NCBI GenBank assembly: GCA_004431415.1
Contig: QPMI01000482.1
Coordinates: forward strand, 470,169-534,168
Length of the DNA: 64,000 bases
Reading direction: 5' to 3'
Source: Cyanophora paradoxa CCMP329
Taxonomy: Eukaryota > Plantae > Glaucophyta
Shown here: one piece after another, positions 51,320 through 64,000 of the stretch
Numbering within the stretch: the first letter of the stretch is position 1
Layout of the letters: the number at the start of each line of letters is the position of its first letter
Made by a program: the position numbers and the translations under genes
Notes under the pieces: generated by a model
Database searches by the model: none
What the model saw: the letters and a program-made list of their open reading frames with translations, nothing else
Told to the model about the DNA's origin: nothing

Positions 51320-54300
51320 ATGGACTCTATGAGCGGATCAAATGTTTTGCAATGGATCCAGAGCCTGCCGAAGCTGCCGCCGGGCAGCGATCAGCGCACG
51401 GTTCAGGACCACCTCCGCCAGTTCGAGAGCTGCGCGAGCATGAGCAAGGACTTGCTCAGTGTCTCGCCGACTGCACACATTGAAGTGCAGAAGCGAACTG
51501 GGTGGGCTCTTCTCGGCACGCTAGATCACGGGCACCCCGTGCGCCAGAACATCTCGCTGTTCCAGAGCGCCGAGCAGATCGACACTCGCGAGCTCGAGAA
51601 GCTGAAGGCGTACCGGGCCGAGCGTGCGCGCACGAGCACGGCGGACCCGCGAGACGTCGCGATCCTCGAGACGCTCGACGAGAAGATCGCGCAAGCCGAG
51701 GAGGGCTTGCAGCGGACCGCCCTCACGGTCACGTACACCGCGATCAGGCGCCGTCTCGAAGATGACGCCGAGATGCGGAACCCTGACCGGTACAAGGCGC
51801 TCCTCGACCTGCCGCACGTGGCGAGGCGCCGGAGGCGTTCTATCGCCGCGTCCTCGACTTGAGCATCATCCCGGAGTGCCGCGAGGCGCACGAGACACCG
51901 CTTATGGCACTCATGCGCCACGCGGGCCAGATGCTCAAGCGCCGCACTCGCAATCAGTGCCGCGACTTCGAAGACTCCGAGATTTCGGACACCGATCGCC
52001 GGCACATGATGACGAACTTCTCCACGGCTCGGAAGATCTATGACGAGCTGTCGCAGAAGATCGCGGACCGCGAGATCACGGGACCCTCTGCGGTCATCGA
52101 CCTGGTAACCAAGCGCACCAATGAACTGGGCGCCTGGGACGTCGATATCTCCAAAGTCCCCGGCTCGGCCCTAGTGCTGGGCTCGCGCGGGACGCCGCTG
52201 CAGGCGCCCACGGCTGCCTCGCGCACGCCGCAGAGCGCGCCGCCGATCACGCACACGCCAGCTGTCCCCGTCGTCCCCTCGCGCTCGAACGCGGGCGCCG
52301 GCGCGGGCACGCGCATCATGCTCGCGACGACGGTGTCGGAAGCCGAGATCGCAGAGCTTGAGGCAAACGCGTACGGGTGGGACGCGGACGACGCCGAGGA
52401 TCAGAACGCCGAGGTCATCTCGTTCCTGCAGCTCATTGCTCGGGACGAGCCCCTCGTCGTAGTCCGCGCGCTCTACCCGTCGGCGTCCGCACCGCCGCCC
52501 CGCCTTGACGACCCGGTCTATCAGCAGAAGATCAAAGACTTCCTGAAGGCCCGGGGTCTCCCCGAGAAGCCCCGGCGGCCGTGCCACTGCGGCGAGTCGC
52601 ACTACTCGTTTGAGTGCCGGACCAACCCGCGGCCTCTGCCCGAGTGGTCGGCAATCAACCCGGCCAAGCGCCGCGGGCCAACGGGCGCAGGCACCGGTGA
52701 CCCGAAGCGCCGGTTCTACCCCGCGCCGCAGGGTGGGAACGGCCGCTCGAGCCCCCGCCCCAGCAAGCTGCAGGGCCCCGGGCGTGCTACAACTGCGGCA
52801 AAACCGGCCACCTGGCCGCGTCCTGCCCGGCCCAGGCGCAGACGCTCGAGGCCGCGGTCCGCCGCGCGCTTGCAGAACACGCCGCCGCCGCTGCAGCCCC
52901 GCCCGTGCCGCCCGCGACGCCGGCGCCCTGGGCTGACCCCAACGCCTTCACGATCGCGCGCGCCATGCTCGAGCAGGCTGCCCGAAGCGGCGCCGCCGGC
53001 CCGTCCGCGACTGCACTGCTTCCCGCGCCGACCGGCGGCCACGGGTCGGGGCCCACGGCGGCCCCGGCGCCCGCCGAGCTTGGCAAGGAAAAGCACGTGT
53101 ACCGTGTGCGCATCGTGCGCAGCGACGAGGCGTTGGTCGACGATACCTTCCGAGCCTTCACCGCAGCGGCCGCGGCGCACGCCGCCGCGCTGCAGGACCC
53201 CGGGACGGCCCCGCTCTCAACGCGGTCGCCGCAGCCGCCACCGCTTTCGCGATCGCAGTAGTGCAGCTGTCCGGGGAAAGCCGCCCAGACCTGTGCCCCA
53301 CGGGAGCCGAGAGGCCGGCCCCCTGCGAGGCGCAGGACCTGTTGCCGACCCGCCCGGAGTCGGGCCTGGACGAGGGGAGAAGAAGGTCGCGTTCGACGCA
53401 GTGGACGCCGCCCTCGAGGAAATCGCACTCCTCTTGGCGGCCGCCCCGGACCCAACGGAGGTCGAGGGCGCTGACGCAGCAGCGAAGGGTCCCGCGCCGA
53501 CGCCCGTGCCGACTTCTTTCCCCGCCGAGCTCGCCGCCGGCATCGTGGACGCCGCCCTTGAGGAGGTCGCACTCCTCTTGGCGGCCGCCCCGGACCCAAC
53601 GGAGGTCGAGGGCGCTGACGCAGAAGCGAAGGGTCCCGAGCCCGCGACGGAGCTCGCTCCCACCAAGTCGGTCCCCGAGACCGCCGCCGCCGAGGCTCCG
53701 GCGGACCCCGCCGCCGGCGTGGGCTGCTGCCTGGGGTACTCCTCGGGGGCCGAGACGGTAGCGAGCCTCGAGGTGACCGACGACGGCGCCTCCCTCGCCG
53801 ACGAGGACGCGACCGTAGCGTCTAAGGAGACCCTGCGCCTCAACCGCGCTCGCCTCCTCAGCGCTAGCCCCGGCCTAGACCTCACTCACTTCGGAGCCGT
53901 TGAGTTAGAGCCGGTGAAGGGCCGCGAGCACGAGCTGGGGCCCGTTCCTCTCTGGAACGTGGACGCGCACAAGCTGAAGGGCGCCGCGTCGGTCCCGCTC
54001 GACCGCGCGGCGTTCCTGTACCCAGCGCCGTGCGAGACTCACTGCGGCTGCACTGTGAGCGAGGGGCTGATCGAGGTCCGGGACGAGCAGTGGTATGCCA
54101 CTGCGTTCCGCTGCCCGGCCCGCACCCGCCAGACGCTCTCCTTCTTGCTTGCGGCGTTCTCTCAGCCGCTCGCCACCGAGAGCACGTACCTCGGCTCGCG
54201 GACCCTCCCCACTGCGTTCCTGCAGATGCTGGGGCATGACCCGCTGTCCCAGGACACGCTGGCTCACGCCTGGCCGACGCACTATTATGAAATCATGAGC

Positions 54301-57300
54301 CTCACGCACCAGGCCTCTCGCGTCGCCGCGAAGTGGGCCGGGGCCACGCGTGGCCGCACGCCGAGGCCTCACGCCCGAGGGTCGCCCCGCAGTCGAGCCC
54401 GACGCCCACAAGCTTACGAAGCTTGGGGACGAGTGCGTCGCTACCGCCGGCTGGCTGGAGCCATACCGCCGCCACTGGAGCATTGGCCAGCACTCGCCCG
54501 TGGCGGCCTCTCTCGAGCCGCACGAGATGACAGTGTCGGGCCGCCGCCAGCTAATCGAGCTGAGCGAGCTGTTGCCGGCACAGGACCGCCTCCGCCTTGC
54601 GTGCGCCTCGACTGTTGCGGGCTATTTCCTGCACCGCGTCGACTACGGTGCCCCGGGCACCGCCGGCGCCGTCGAGAAGATCCTCGGCCGCTTCTTTAAG
54701 TTCGCCGAGCCGCTCATGGTGGACGCGCGGGTCGACGCCTATGGCTTCGCCCTGCTGGCCCTCGAGCACGCGATCCAGTGGAAGACCGTGGCTTGCATCG
54801 GCGGCCGCGCCGGTCCCCACGACGCCCACAAGAGCGCCGTTGCCCTGGCCGACGGGAACCCTCTTGTCCCCTCGGACTCGGAGTTCACGGAAGCCGTTCA
54901 CTCGCTTGCCGTCCTGGCTGCCTCCGTTGAGGTTCCGATCCCGGGGCGGGCACGTCTCCGCTCGGATCGGGACGCCGAGGGATGGCTGCGGGCAGCGCTC
55001 GCGGAGCGTCTGACCGCGTACCGCGACGGCCGTGCCCCCGCCTTCCCGGTCGTGAGCGAGGGCGAGTCCCGCACGGTTGAACGCGTTCCGGTGGAGCCCC
55101 GCGTCGCCGCCGCCCGCGTTCTGCACCTCCGGGACCTGCACTTGTGCGACACCTGGCTGCACTGGCCGCGCCTGCACGGGGCAGAGCCTGGCACGTGGAG
55201 GGTCGGCCGCGTGCGCCCGATCACGCGCACCACGCAGTTGCCCCTGCACGGCACGACGCGAGGCGGGCAGCTGCCCACGATCGTGCCTGAGGAGCTCTAC
55301 GTGCTGAGCCAGCTCGGCCCGCGCCCGCCGCTCACCGCCCTGTGCGATGCAGCCTGGGCCCGCACGGTTCCCGGATCCGCCGGGCCGCGGAGCTGCTCCG
55401 GTACATCGAGGGGCCAAGGCGGGCGACCGGGCCCACCTCGTCATTCTATTCCGTAGGCTGCTGAAGAAGCGGGCCGGTTTCAATGACGAGGCTGTCAAGG
55501 ACATGATCGCGCTCGTGGAGAAGTGGCGCACGGATGCAGGCAGCCGCACCCCACTCCTCTCCACGACCTGCCCACCACGCCGAAGCCGGCGTCGGACACG
55601 ACGGGCGCCTACACGGCGAAGGCCGTCAGCGCGACGATCAAGGAGGCTAAGGCCTGCCTGCCGCCGCGCCCGCCTGTGAAGGCGCTCTCGCCGAGGGACC
55701 CGCCAGCGCCGGCGCGGCCGGCGCCCGTTCCTGTCCCGCCGCCTGCACCGACGGCGAAGCTCGTGACCTTGCACGCCGCGGCAACATGGCCGCCGCTTGC
55801 GAGCCCGATGGCGCCGCGGCCCACCGCCGCTCCGACGCCGCCCGCCACTGAGCCCGCGCCTGTCGAGCCTCGCCTGAGCGAGCCGCTACTCGACGTCGCG
55901 CGCGCGACCGCGCCGGCTCCCCGGCAGGCCGCCCGTCGCGGCGAGCGTGGCCGCGGGACGGGTCGTGCGCGTCAGCACCCGTGGGCGCGGCTCGCAGGGG
56001 CCACGAACCCGCAGCGCCCGCCGTGGGCAGGCTGAGGGGAAGACGCCGAGATGGGCGAGCGGGGCGACGGCGATGAGGCGCCCGAGGAAGCGCCGCCGCC
56101 GCCGCCGCCGTCGGCTATCGATGAGAACCTGAGCCAGCGGGCCCTGTACGAGGCTATGGGCGTGATGAGCGGCGTCCTCGCAGTGCCGGGGTGCCCGCCT
56201 CGGCTCTGTGAGGGAAACAGATCACCGAGTGGCCCATGACGGCCCGGTCTGATCTCGCCCACCGCTGGAGCATCCCCTTCGACGCACTGAAGGGCACGTT
56301 CGAGGACCTGCGGGTCCCGCACCTCAAGGCGTTTCTCGCCAGCGAGAGGAGCACGCCAATCCAGAACCGCCTGGATGGGCCGCCCGTGCCGCACGAGGAG
56401 CCGCCGGAGGGCCGCGTCGCGCTCAGAGCCGATCGCACCGTTCGCCTCGCGCGGCTCAACGCGGCCGCGTTCGAGCTCTTCATGATCGCGCTGGGCTCCG
56501 TGGCCCGTCACGCCCCACTCCCACGATCTCCCGTTCCACCTGCATGAGTGGACGGAGCAGCAGTTGGAGCACTTCCTGACTCTGCGTTGGACGATCCCTG
56601 CCACGCGCCTGCCGCGGTGGACGCACGGGGCCGCTTCAACCGAGCGCGGCCGTCATCCCGCCGCAGTGGGCCCAGTACCTCTTGCGTGCTCACACCATGT
56701 TCCGCGCCGAGGCGGTTGGGACCACCGTTCCCTCCGCGGAACGCGCCGGCCTGGAGTTCCCGTACGGGGTTCGCTGGCTGCGCCGCCACCTGCAGCTAGG
56801 GACGCGCGCGCAGGAGGAAGCCGCCGAGAGCGACCCGCACAGGGCTTGGCCCTGACCGCCCAGCGCGCGGCCTTCCAGGAGAAGGTCTTGCATGCCCTCG
56901 AGCGTCACGCTGCACGGCAGTCGTTCACGTTCGACGATGCGCTTGTGGGCACCTACATCGCCGATGAGCCTGAGCCCCGCCTCGAGCCGCTCGACATTGA
57001 CCATGTCGAGAGCGAAGAGGAAGAGGGCGAGAAGGAAGAGGCGCCGGCTGCCATCCCTGCGGCGGCGCACAGGCCGTTCGAGCCGCACAAGGACTGGCAG
57101 CCGCGGCCGCTGTTCTCGTTGGCGGACCCGACGTACGCCAACGATCACAAGCTCTTGCGCGAGTACATGGACCGGAAACACGCGTTTTTCCGGCCCCTGG
57201 AATGCTATGAGCCAGGGTTCACTGAATGGGCAACGCTGCCCGCGATCAGCTACCCCTTGCGCTGGCAGCACGCCGGCGACGTTGACGAGTACAACGTCGA

Positions 57301-60300
57301 CGTGCTCACGCTGCAGGACCAGCACATGGGCGAGCTGTGCTCAACTATGCTCAAGCGCGTCGGCCCCGCGCGCGCGGCATAGTGAACTGGTTCTCGCTCG
57401 TAGGCCCGCCTCAGCGGCCGTTCGACGAGGATCGGAGCTCTTCGACCTGCAGGGCTTGCATTCCCGCACGCCGCCTGCGGCGTCAGCTTGGATATCGTGC
57501 AGTACCTCGCGGTCGGACCCGTACCGCACAGTCTGCCGTCCCGACGTACACGGGCGCCTGGGATCTCACGCACGAGGGCACAGCCCACGCACCCGTGTGT
57601 TCGACCCTGGGCCAGGTCTCGCGGGTGCTGTATACCGCCTTCTTCCACGAAGGCGGCGGCGCGCGGAACGCCCCGCCGCCGTACATGCCGCACCCCGAGC
57701 GCCCCACCCTGCACACCTCAGTCTTGGGCGGTAACATCGCCGACCCGAACGAGGAGGACGCCAGGACGCCGTTCGCGACCCGCTTCGCGCGCGACGTCGC
57801 CGTGCTGGCCCTGCTGCGCCCGCTCGCCGACAAGCGCGTCGAGAACGTTGAGGGTCGCCTGCAGACGCGGCGCATCTACGCGCCCCGCCTCGTGGCAGGC
57901 ACGGCCACGCCCGCGCCGAACGCTGCCTGCGACAAGACGTCGCAGGGGGCGCGCCGCACCAGCGCGAGAACAAGAAGCTGTGGCTCGCAGTGACGGTCGC
58001 CCAGCTTGCGAGCCAGCCCAAGAAGAGCCACGCGAACCCGCGGCTCGTCACCGCGTTCGGTTACGAGCTGCCGCCTTTCCCGAACTCACCTCCGGGACGT
58101 GCCCTTGGGCGCCGATCCCGGCGGAAGAGGAAATCCTCGCGACGGCCATCGGTTTTACGCTGGCCTGGCACGCGCGCTTCTTCCAGCGTCACGCGCCGGG
58201 CAAGCACCTCCGCAGCCAGCACTGGGCTGATGACTTTCTGTCGCTGCGGCCATGGACGTCGAGTCGGAACGCCCGGCTGACTACGTCCCCGAGATCGCTC
58301 GGGCGGTCGCCGATCACATGGATGACTTCAACAAGGTGTTGAACTCGTTCCGCTGCGTGGTGCCGACGGTCTGATGGTGTTCATTCACGAGGCCTTCCTG
58401 ACTAAGCCGACGGCCAAGCCGGACCGCGGTCCGACTCTTGCCTCAGGCAAGAAGGTCTTCGACGCGGACGCGAGGCCGACGTACCCGGACGTCATCCCAC
58501 GCTTGCGTGGAAGTTTGGCCGAACAATGCGGTCGTGCCGGACCACGAGGGTCGTGCGGCGATCTGTGGGCGGATCCTGCTCGCGATGCTGCAGGGCTTCC
58601 AGTATCCCCGCATCCCGCTGCTCGCGCAGCGGTGGACAACTGTGCGCCCTGAACGCCGCCATGCCCCAGAACGTGGCCGAGGTCTTCAGGGCCCTCTTGC
58701 GCACTATGACGAGGATGAGTGCGCCGACTCGGATGCCCGCGCGCTGGCGGACGGCATCCGCGCGTACCTCACAAACATGCCGCACGGTCTCGGGTACCAG
58801 CGTCTTGAGCTCGGCTCGCCCCCGATGGCCGGCGCCGAGGACGCGTGGCCCGCCGGCGATGACCTTGGCGCCGGGGCAAGAGTGGATACAGCGCCACCTT
58901 GAGGCCGCCCGCGCCGCCGAGGAGCTGGAGAACTGTCCCGGGAACTTCCCGCTGGGCTCATCTTTACCGATGAGGCTATACCCCTGCGGCCTCAGTTCGA
59001 GACGATGCTCCGTTCGCTCTACGCCGATCTGAATGTCGCGATCCGCCTCGCGCGCCCGATCGACTGGGAGACGGACGACCCCGTGCTCCCCGACTGGACG
59101 TTGAGGCTCTGCGCCCGGCGCTGATGTGGGACGCGGTCCAGAACAAGGGCGCCGCGCCCTCGGCCGGCGCAGCCTGACTGCGACGGCGGCTGTCGATAAG
59201 GAGGCCGAAAGCCTTCTGGTTCGCACGCCGTACCAGCCGATCTACGAAGGAGCGGTCCGCGCGACGTGGCGGGCGTGCGGTTCCAGCCGCCCTCAACCAT
59301 CGTCGGCGGCTCGCGGACGACCCCGCCGAGGCGCGCCATCCGCCACCCCGTCGGCGCCCGCGCCGGCGCAGGCCGCTGCGCAGACCGCCGCGCCGCCGAC
59401 GGCGCCGCAGCAGGCGCGGCCCCGGCGCAACGCGGGCCAGGCCGTTGGCCGAGCGGCCGCGGGCAGGGTCACCAGCGGGGCGGCCGGCACCGCGGTCGCG
59501 ACGGCCGAGGCCACCGTGACCGTGGCGGCGACCGCGGCGGTGGCCAGGCGCAACCCGCACAACCCGCTGTCGACCCGAACGACCCGTTCGGGCTGGATGC
59601 GTTCCTCGCGCGGCAGCAGGGGTATGACCCCAAGACCATGCGCGTAACCGTCTCGGACGGAAGGTGAAGTCGAGCGGATCGCCGAGAGCGCTCCGCCAGA
59701 CCAAGCCCCGCCGGCTGAGACTCCCTCCCGGACCTTGATGCCGCCGCCCAGCTCGAGCCGCCAGGCCGAGGCAAGCTCGAGCCGCAGGACGACACGGCCA
59801 GTCGCGCGTCGCAGGCCCGCCGGACCCCTGAGCGGGCCTCGTCTCAGCGCCGCTCGCGCACACCCGAGCCGCGCCGAGCCCCGTCCAGTCGCCGCTCTCG
59901 CACCCCAGACAGCGCGAGACGCGGGGCCCCTCCACGCGCCGCGAGCGCTCCCCGAGCCCCACCGGCAATCCCGGGCGCCGCCGCCGTCCCGCCGTTCGTT
60001 GGAACGCCGCGATCGCGAGGGCTCCCGACGCCCTTCGCCGGACCGCCGGACCGCGAGGCCTCCCGCCGCCGCTCCCCGGACCGCCGTGATCGCTCGCCGC
60101 CGCGCCGCGACCGCAGCCCGCCGAGCCGACGGTCCACGGCTCGCGACACTCGCGACAGGCGGAGCCCTCGCCGAGGCTCGCGGAACGCCGCCGGAGCCGA
60201 ACACCGTCCCGCTCTAGCTCCCGCTCGCGCTCGCGCGATCGGAGCCCGAGCCGGAGCCCCGCCATACGATAAGCGGCGCAAAAGCTCGAAGAAGGGCTCG

Positions 60301-63300
60301 CGCGACCGCGCCTCGCCGCGAGACCGCCGCAGCCCTCGCAGCAGCCAGTCCTCTCGCGCCCGCCGACCCGCCGCGCGGCGCCGTAGACGCTGCGTACAAG
60401 CGGCACGAGAACGACGCCCGCCTGCGAGGCTGCCCGCCCACATTGCGCGAGCTCTTCGACATGGTCTGGAAGGCGCAGTACGCTGAATGCCAGACTCGCT
60501 CTCGGCGTCCGCGCGAGCTGAGCAGGCCACCGCGCTGTCCTGATCAAGCTCCAGAACCAGATGGACGCTCAGTCCGCGTCGTCCTCGGCCCGCGCCGCCG
60601 CGCCACCATCGGGTGGCAGCCGCCGACGGGCGGACGCAACGAGCGCCAGCAGCCCTTTCTAGAGGGGCCTGAGGGGCAGAGCGAGGCCGGTCCGCAGTCG
60701 GCGGCGCCGTCCAAGCCTGCGGAGGTCGCGCCTCCATCTCTCAGGCCCAGGAGCGGTCATCGCGTGCGAGCCAGGCCGAGCCGCCGCGCGCAGACCAGTC
60801 GACGCCGGAGCAGCCGCGCGCCTCAGTGGCCGCGCCGCGCGCCTCCGCCGCCACGACTTTCAACCCCCAGGCTGACGTCCAGCAGGGGCCTCCTGCAGTT
60901 TGTGCGCGAGTGCTCGAGCTGCCGCGACGTGAAGATCCGGGCCAAGGGGTCACGGAATTGGGCTTTGGCTTCAAACAGTCGAGCGCCAGATCCGCACCGC
61001 GCTAGCCACGCCGAGACGCGCGCCAAGCCGGCGGCGCTCAGAAGGTCTCAGACGAAGCCTTCGCCCAGGCAAAAGCAGGCCGCTCGCGGCCCTGGAAGAC
61101 GTCTGCCGCGCCCTCCGGGCCGGCATCGATATGCAGATCAGCCTCTCCGCTGGGGAGACGGCATGATGATCTCGCTCCTCCCAGACGGGCCCCGTGCCGA
61201 TCTCGAGGCTCTGCGGGCCACGCTCGATCGCACCAAAGACTGGCGAGCCTTGCTTGAGCGCGAGCGCCAGCACGAGGCTCGCGTGGCAATGCAGGCCGCG
61301 GCAAAAGCCAACCCAAAGCCCTCTTCGCGGTATACACCGTCGCAGAAGCGTCGTCACCCCGCGGGCACGAGGCCCGCGCGCCCTGTGACCTTCCCGCCCA
61401 CTTGCATACGCCGGCGTCGGTCCGGCCGCTGTGCCGGTGCCGGCGGACGAGAAGTACATCTCGATCCGCCGCGTCCAGACGGTCGTCCACGAGCCGCCCG
61501 CTCAAACAGTCGCGCCGCCGCGCCAGCCGCGCCGCCCGCCCCGGCCCCACCAAAGAGCCGCGAGCCTGCGCCGGCCTGGGCCCGCCGCCTGCTGCACAAG
61601 CTCGGCCGCGCTCGACCGTGCTGGTCTTCAACTGGCTGTCGAACCCCGCGCAAATGCTGCAGGTCGATCCAAAGACCCTGGAGCCCGCCTTACGCGCGTG
61701 CATCAGGCGATCATGGACCGCTACGGCATCTCGATGCGCAAAACGGGCTACAAGGCCCCGCCACGGCCGACTCGCGCGTGTTCTCGGGTCAGCGCCGACA
61801 GCGGCGTTCGCCCCGCAGAACGCGCTCGAGCCGCCGCGATCATTTACCCCGAGGCCTGACCTCCGACGAGGAAGCTCTCATGCCCGCGGGCCACGCCCTG
61901 GGCTCCAAAAACCGCCCGTCCCTCCCGTGCCCCGCCCGGCAGAGGAGACGCCGCTGGGAACGCGCGCCGGCTATGACCCGCCAGCGACGAGTTGCTCTAC
62001 GCCAACCGCCACGGCCCGGGCCCGCGCAACGGACCAAGCCCTCGCCGTTGGCCGACCAGGCAGAGCAGCGCCGAGTCGCCGAGCGAGCCGCGCTCGCCAG
62101 TCCCGCCCCCATCCCCAACCGCAAGCGCAACGGACCTGTCGGGTCCACCCGCGCCGCCGGAACCAGAATTCCACGTCGCCGCGCCCGACCTAGCTTCCCG
62201 CGCGACCGGGCCCTGAATTCTTCCGGCCAAAGACACTGCACATTCACGGCAGCATTGCTATGCGCCTGCCGAACGGCCGCTCCGGCGCTGAACGCCCGCT
62301 CGCATTGTTGTCGACACGGGCGCCCAGGAACTGTAGTTCCCCAGGAAGTCCTCGACCGCCTGCCGCCCGACGAAGTCAATTACGTCGAGGGCCACACATA
62401 GTCCGCGGTTTCATGGACCGGGACAAAATTCGTTGTCGCCGCGCCGACGTAGTCTTCGTTCTGGGCTCGCTCCGCTTCTGCCGCCGCGTCTTCGTCGTCC
62501 CGCGCGGCGCCATGGCGTTGAGCCGGACATCTGCTCGGCCTGACGCGATCCAGGCCGTCCACGGCCAGATCGACACGACGCTGTCCGGGTGGTGCCTCCG
62601 GCCCGTGACCACCTGCACCGCGAAGTCGTCGTCCCTTTTCGGCTCCGGACCAGCTTGGGATCCTGTCCGAGTCCTGGACCAGTAAAGCTCCCCGTCGGAG
62701 AGCCCTCGTCCCATGCACGCTCAATGGGCAGGGCCCGGCAACGCGTGAGTTGCCGCACCTCTACGTCGAGCGTCGCCGGAGTCCCGCAAGCCTTGGGCGT
62801 ACTCTGCCCTTACCAGCTGCATAATCACCCGGGAGACAAAATGTTTCACGTGCGGTTGTGCAATCCTGGCCGGCAGCCGGTAACCCTGCCGCTAGGATCG
62901 GTAGTAGCGGTCGCTTCGGCGGTCGCCCTTACCGCCTGGTGATTTTGAGTACGAACCTGAGCAAATGCCTTGTAGTGCGAGTGCATGACAGACCTCTTGA
63001 TTCGCCGGCTGCGAATCGTGCCTGCCAAACGCCGCACTGGACTCCGCCACTTTAATAGAAAAGCACGCATGCTTGGCGCGGCATATGAGCCCGCCAAAGA
63101 CGTTGAGAAAATAATCTCCACCCTACGTTCTGTCGTAGATGAGGCGGAAAAGCAGCGCGCTCTGTCTAGCGCAGCGCCTGCTGAGCCCGCCGACCCACCC
63201 CGCGCACCGCCCTACGACGTCGACGATATAGTCGTCACGTTTGGCGAGCTGCCCTTCGACACAGCCGACCGGCCGTTGCAGGACCTTGATGCTATGAGCA

Positions 63301-64000
63301 TCATTAGCCTCGACGACGATGCTATGAGCACGTCGTCACGAAGCGCGTCCCCAACGCCGGCCCGATCACAGGCCCCTCGGTCGACGAGTTCGTCGCCGCA
63401 GTCGAGGCAGTGTCCGTCCCCAGAGACGCCACCCTGCGCTCGACCTTCCCCGGTCTCTCCGAAAAAGCGGAGCGCGACTTGCTCGATGCAGTCCGCGCCA
63501 TGCGCGGCGACGTTACGGTCCGCAAGCCGCACCGGTCGCCGACGCCGAGGCCCCACCCCAGAGTGTGGTCACAGCCTCGCTTTCGGCCCGGCCCGATGCC
63601 CCACCCCCTACGACTGCAGCACCCGACGCGAAGCCCGCTGAGGCACCGCGGCCGGTGCCTAATGCAGAGAGGAGTGGCAAGAGCTGCTGAAGAAGATTCC
63701 TGAGCTCGGCTCTCACCCGTCAATCACGACGGCGCAGAAAGCCGAACTTCACGCCGCTCCTGCGGCGCTACAAGGATGTCTTCGCAGACAAGTCGAGGCC
63801 AAAGAGGGCACCAGCAACCTGCTCTATTACGAGCACGTGATCAAACTCACGACTCGCCTTCCGGTGTTCACGCCTCCGCGGCGTATGAACCCGCACGCCG
63901 AGGAACACGCCCGCAAGGAATTCAGAAACTCCTTGAGCTTGGCTGATCGAGCCCTCCAAGCGGCATATGGCTCGCCGGTAGTGCTGGCCCCCAAAAAGGA
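51320..64000 (+). CDS. Gag - long unknown extension - protease - reverse transcriptase polyprotein region (many apparent 1-nt frameshifts)
   Basis: Protein-like segments can be chained across frameshifts on the + strand: zinc knuckle 52785-52826, an RS-rich tract at ~59980-60270, protease DTGA at 62313, and RT start at ~63720. Confidence 0.7.

Larger units (their letters stand above)
48812..64000 (+). mobile_element. Giant Ty3/Gypsy LTR retrotransposon copy B (continues past the window end)
   Basis: 5' LTR 48812-50789, gag from 51320, protease motif IVVDTGA (DTGA at 62313-62324), then VRLCNPGRQPVTLPLGSVVA. The RT N-terminus at ~63720-64000 (joining frameshifted segments) reads QKAELH..LLRRYKDVF...YEHVIKLTTRLPVFTPPRRMNPHAEEHARKEF..LLELG.IEPS..AYGSPVVLAPKK. 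This is Gypsy-like sequence with protease followed directly by RT. Confidence 0.88.

Noticed and set aside
42664-54955. Treating the whole 6.1-kb repeat as the LTR pair of one element
   Set aside because: The repeats are directly adjacent and each contains gag, while pol lies downstream of the second copy. Nested insertion (or misassembly) fits better.
54950-64000. Dense frameshifts suggesting a decayed pseudogene
   Set aside because: Breaks look like single-base losses, often in homopolymers, and copies A and B differ by such indels without obvious substitutions. This fits long-read consensus error better than decay, but it cannot be settled without reads.

Overview
GC-rich, intron-dense eukaryotic nuclear DNA, probably from an alga or protist. 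A Phe-containing plastid-type transit peptide without a signal peptide hints at a glaucophyte-like lineage, but this is inference only. The raw ORF track is mostly misleading because genes are split by many 55-150 nt introns, a large share of them with GC-AG ends. Bases 0.8-36.3 kb are gene-dense and, by manual splicing, hold nine recognisable genes plus one hypothetical intronless ORF: (1) a single-pass membrane receptor with two Cys-rich ectodomain repeats and a cytoplasmic SARM1-type TIR domain that keeps the catalytic Glu; (2) the meiotic HORMA protein HOP1/ASY1; (3) a small acidic protein head-to-head with it; (4) LSM14/Scd6; (5) a 2xREC response regulator fused to a SNF1/CAMK-like kinase; (6,7) two tandem paralogous SET-domain genes, one with ankyrin repeats; (8) TFIIIC subunit GTF3C2/Tfc6; (9) a probably plastid-targeted cytochrome P450. 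Bases 36.7-41.6 kb are a transposon island: a tRNA-derived SINE plus CMC/CACTA-, hAT- and Tc1/mariner-like MITEs, with target-site duplications (TSDs). From 42.66 kb to the window end lies a giant Ty3/Gypsy LTR retrotransposon with ~2-kb LTRs and ~9.5 kb of unrecognised coding sequence between the Gag zinc knuckles and the protease. It appears to have inserted into a copy of itself. Single-base indels in homopolymers suggest an unpolished long-read consensus. All gene models are manual and unverified.
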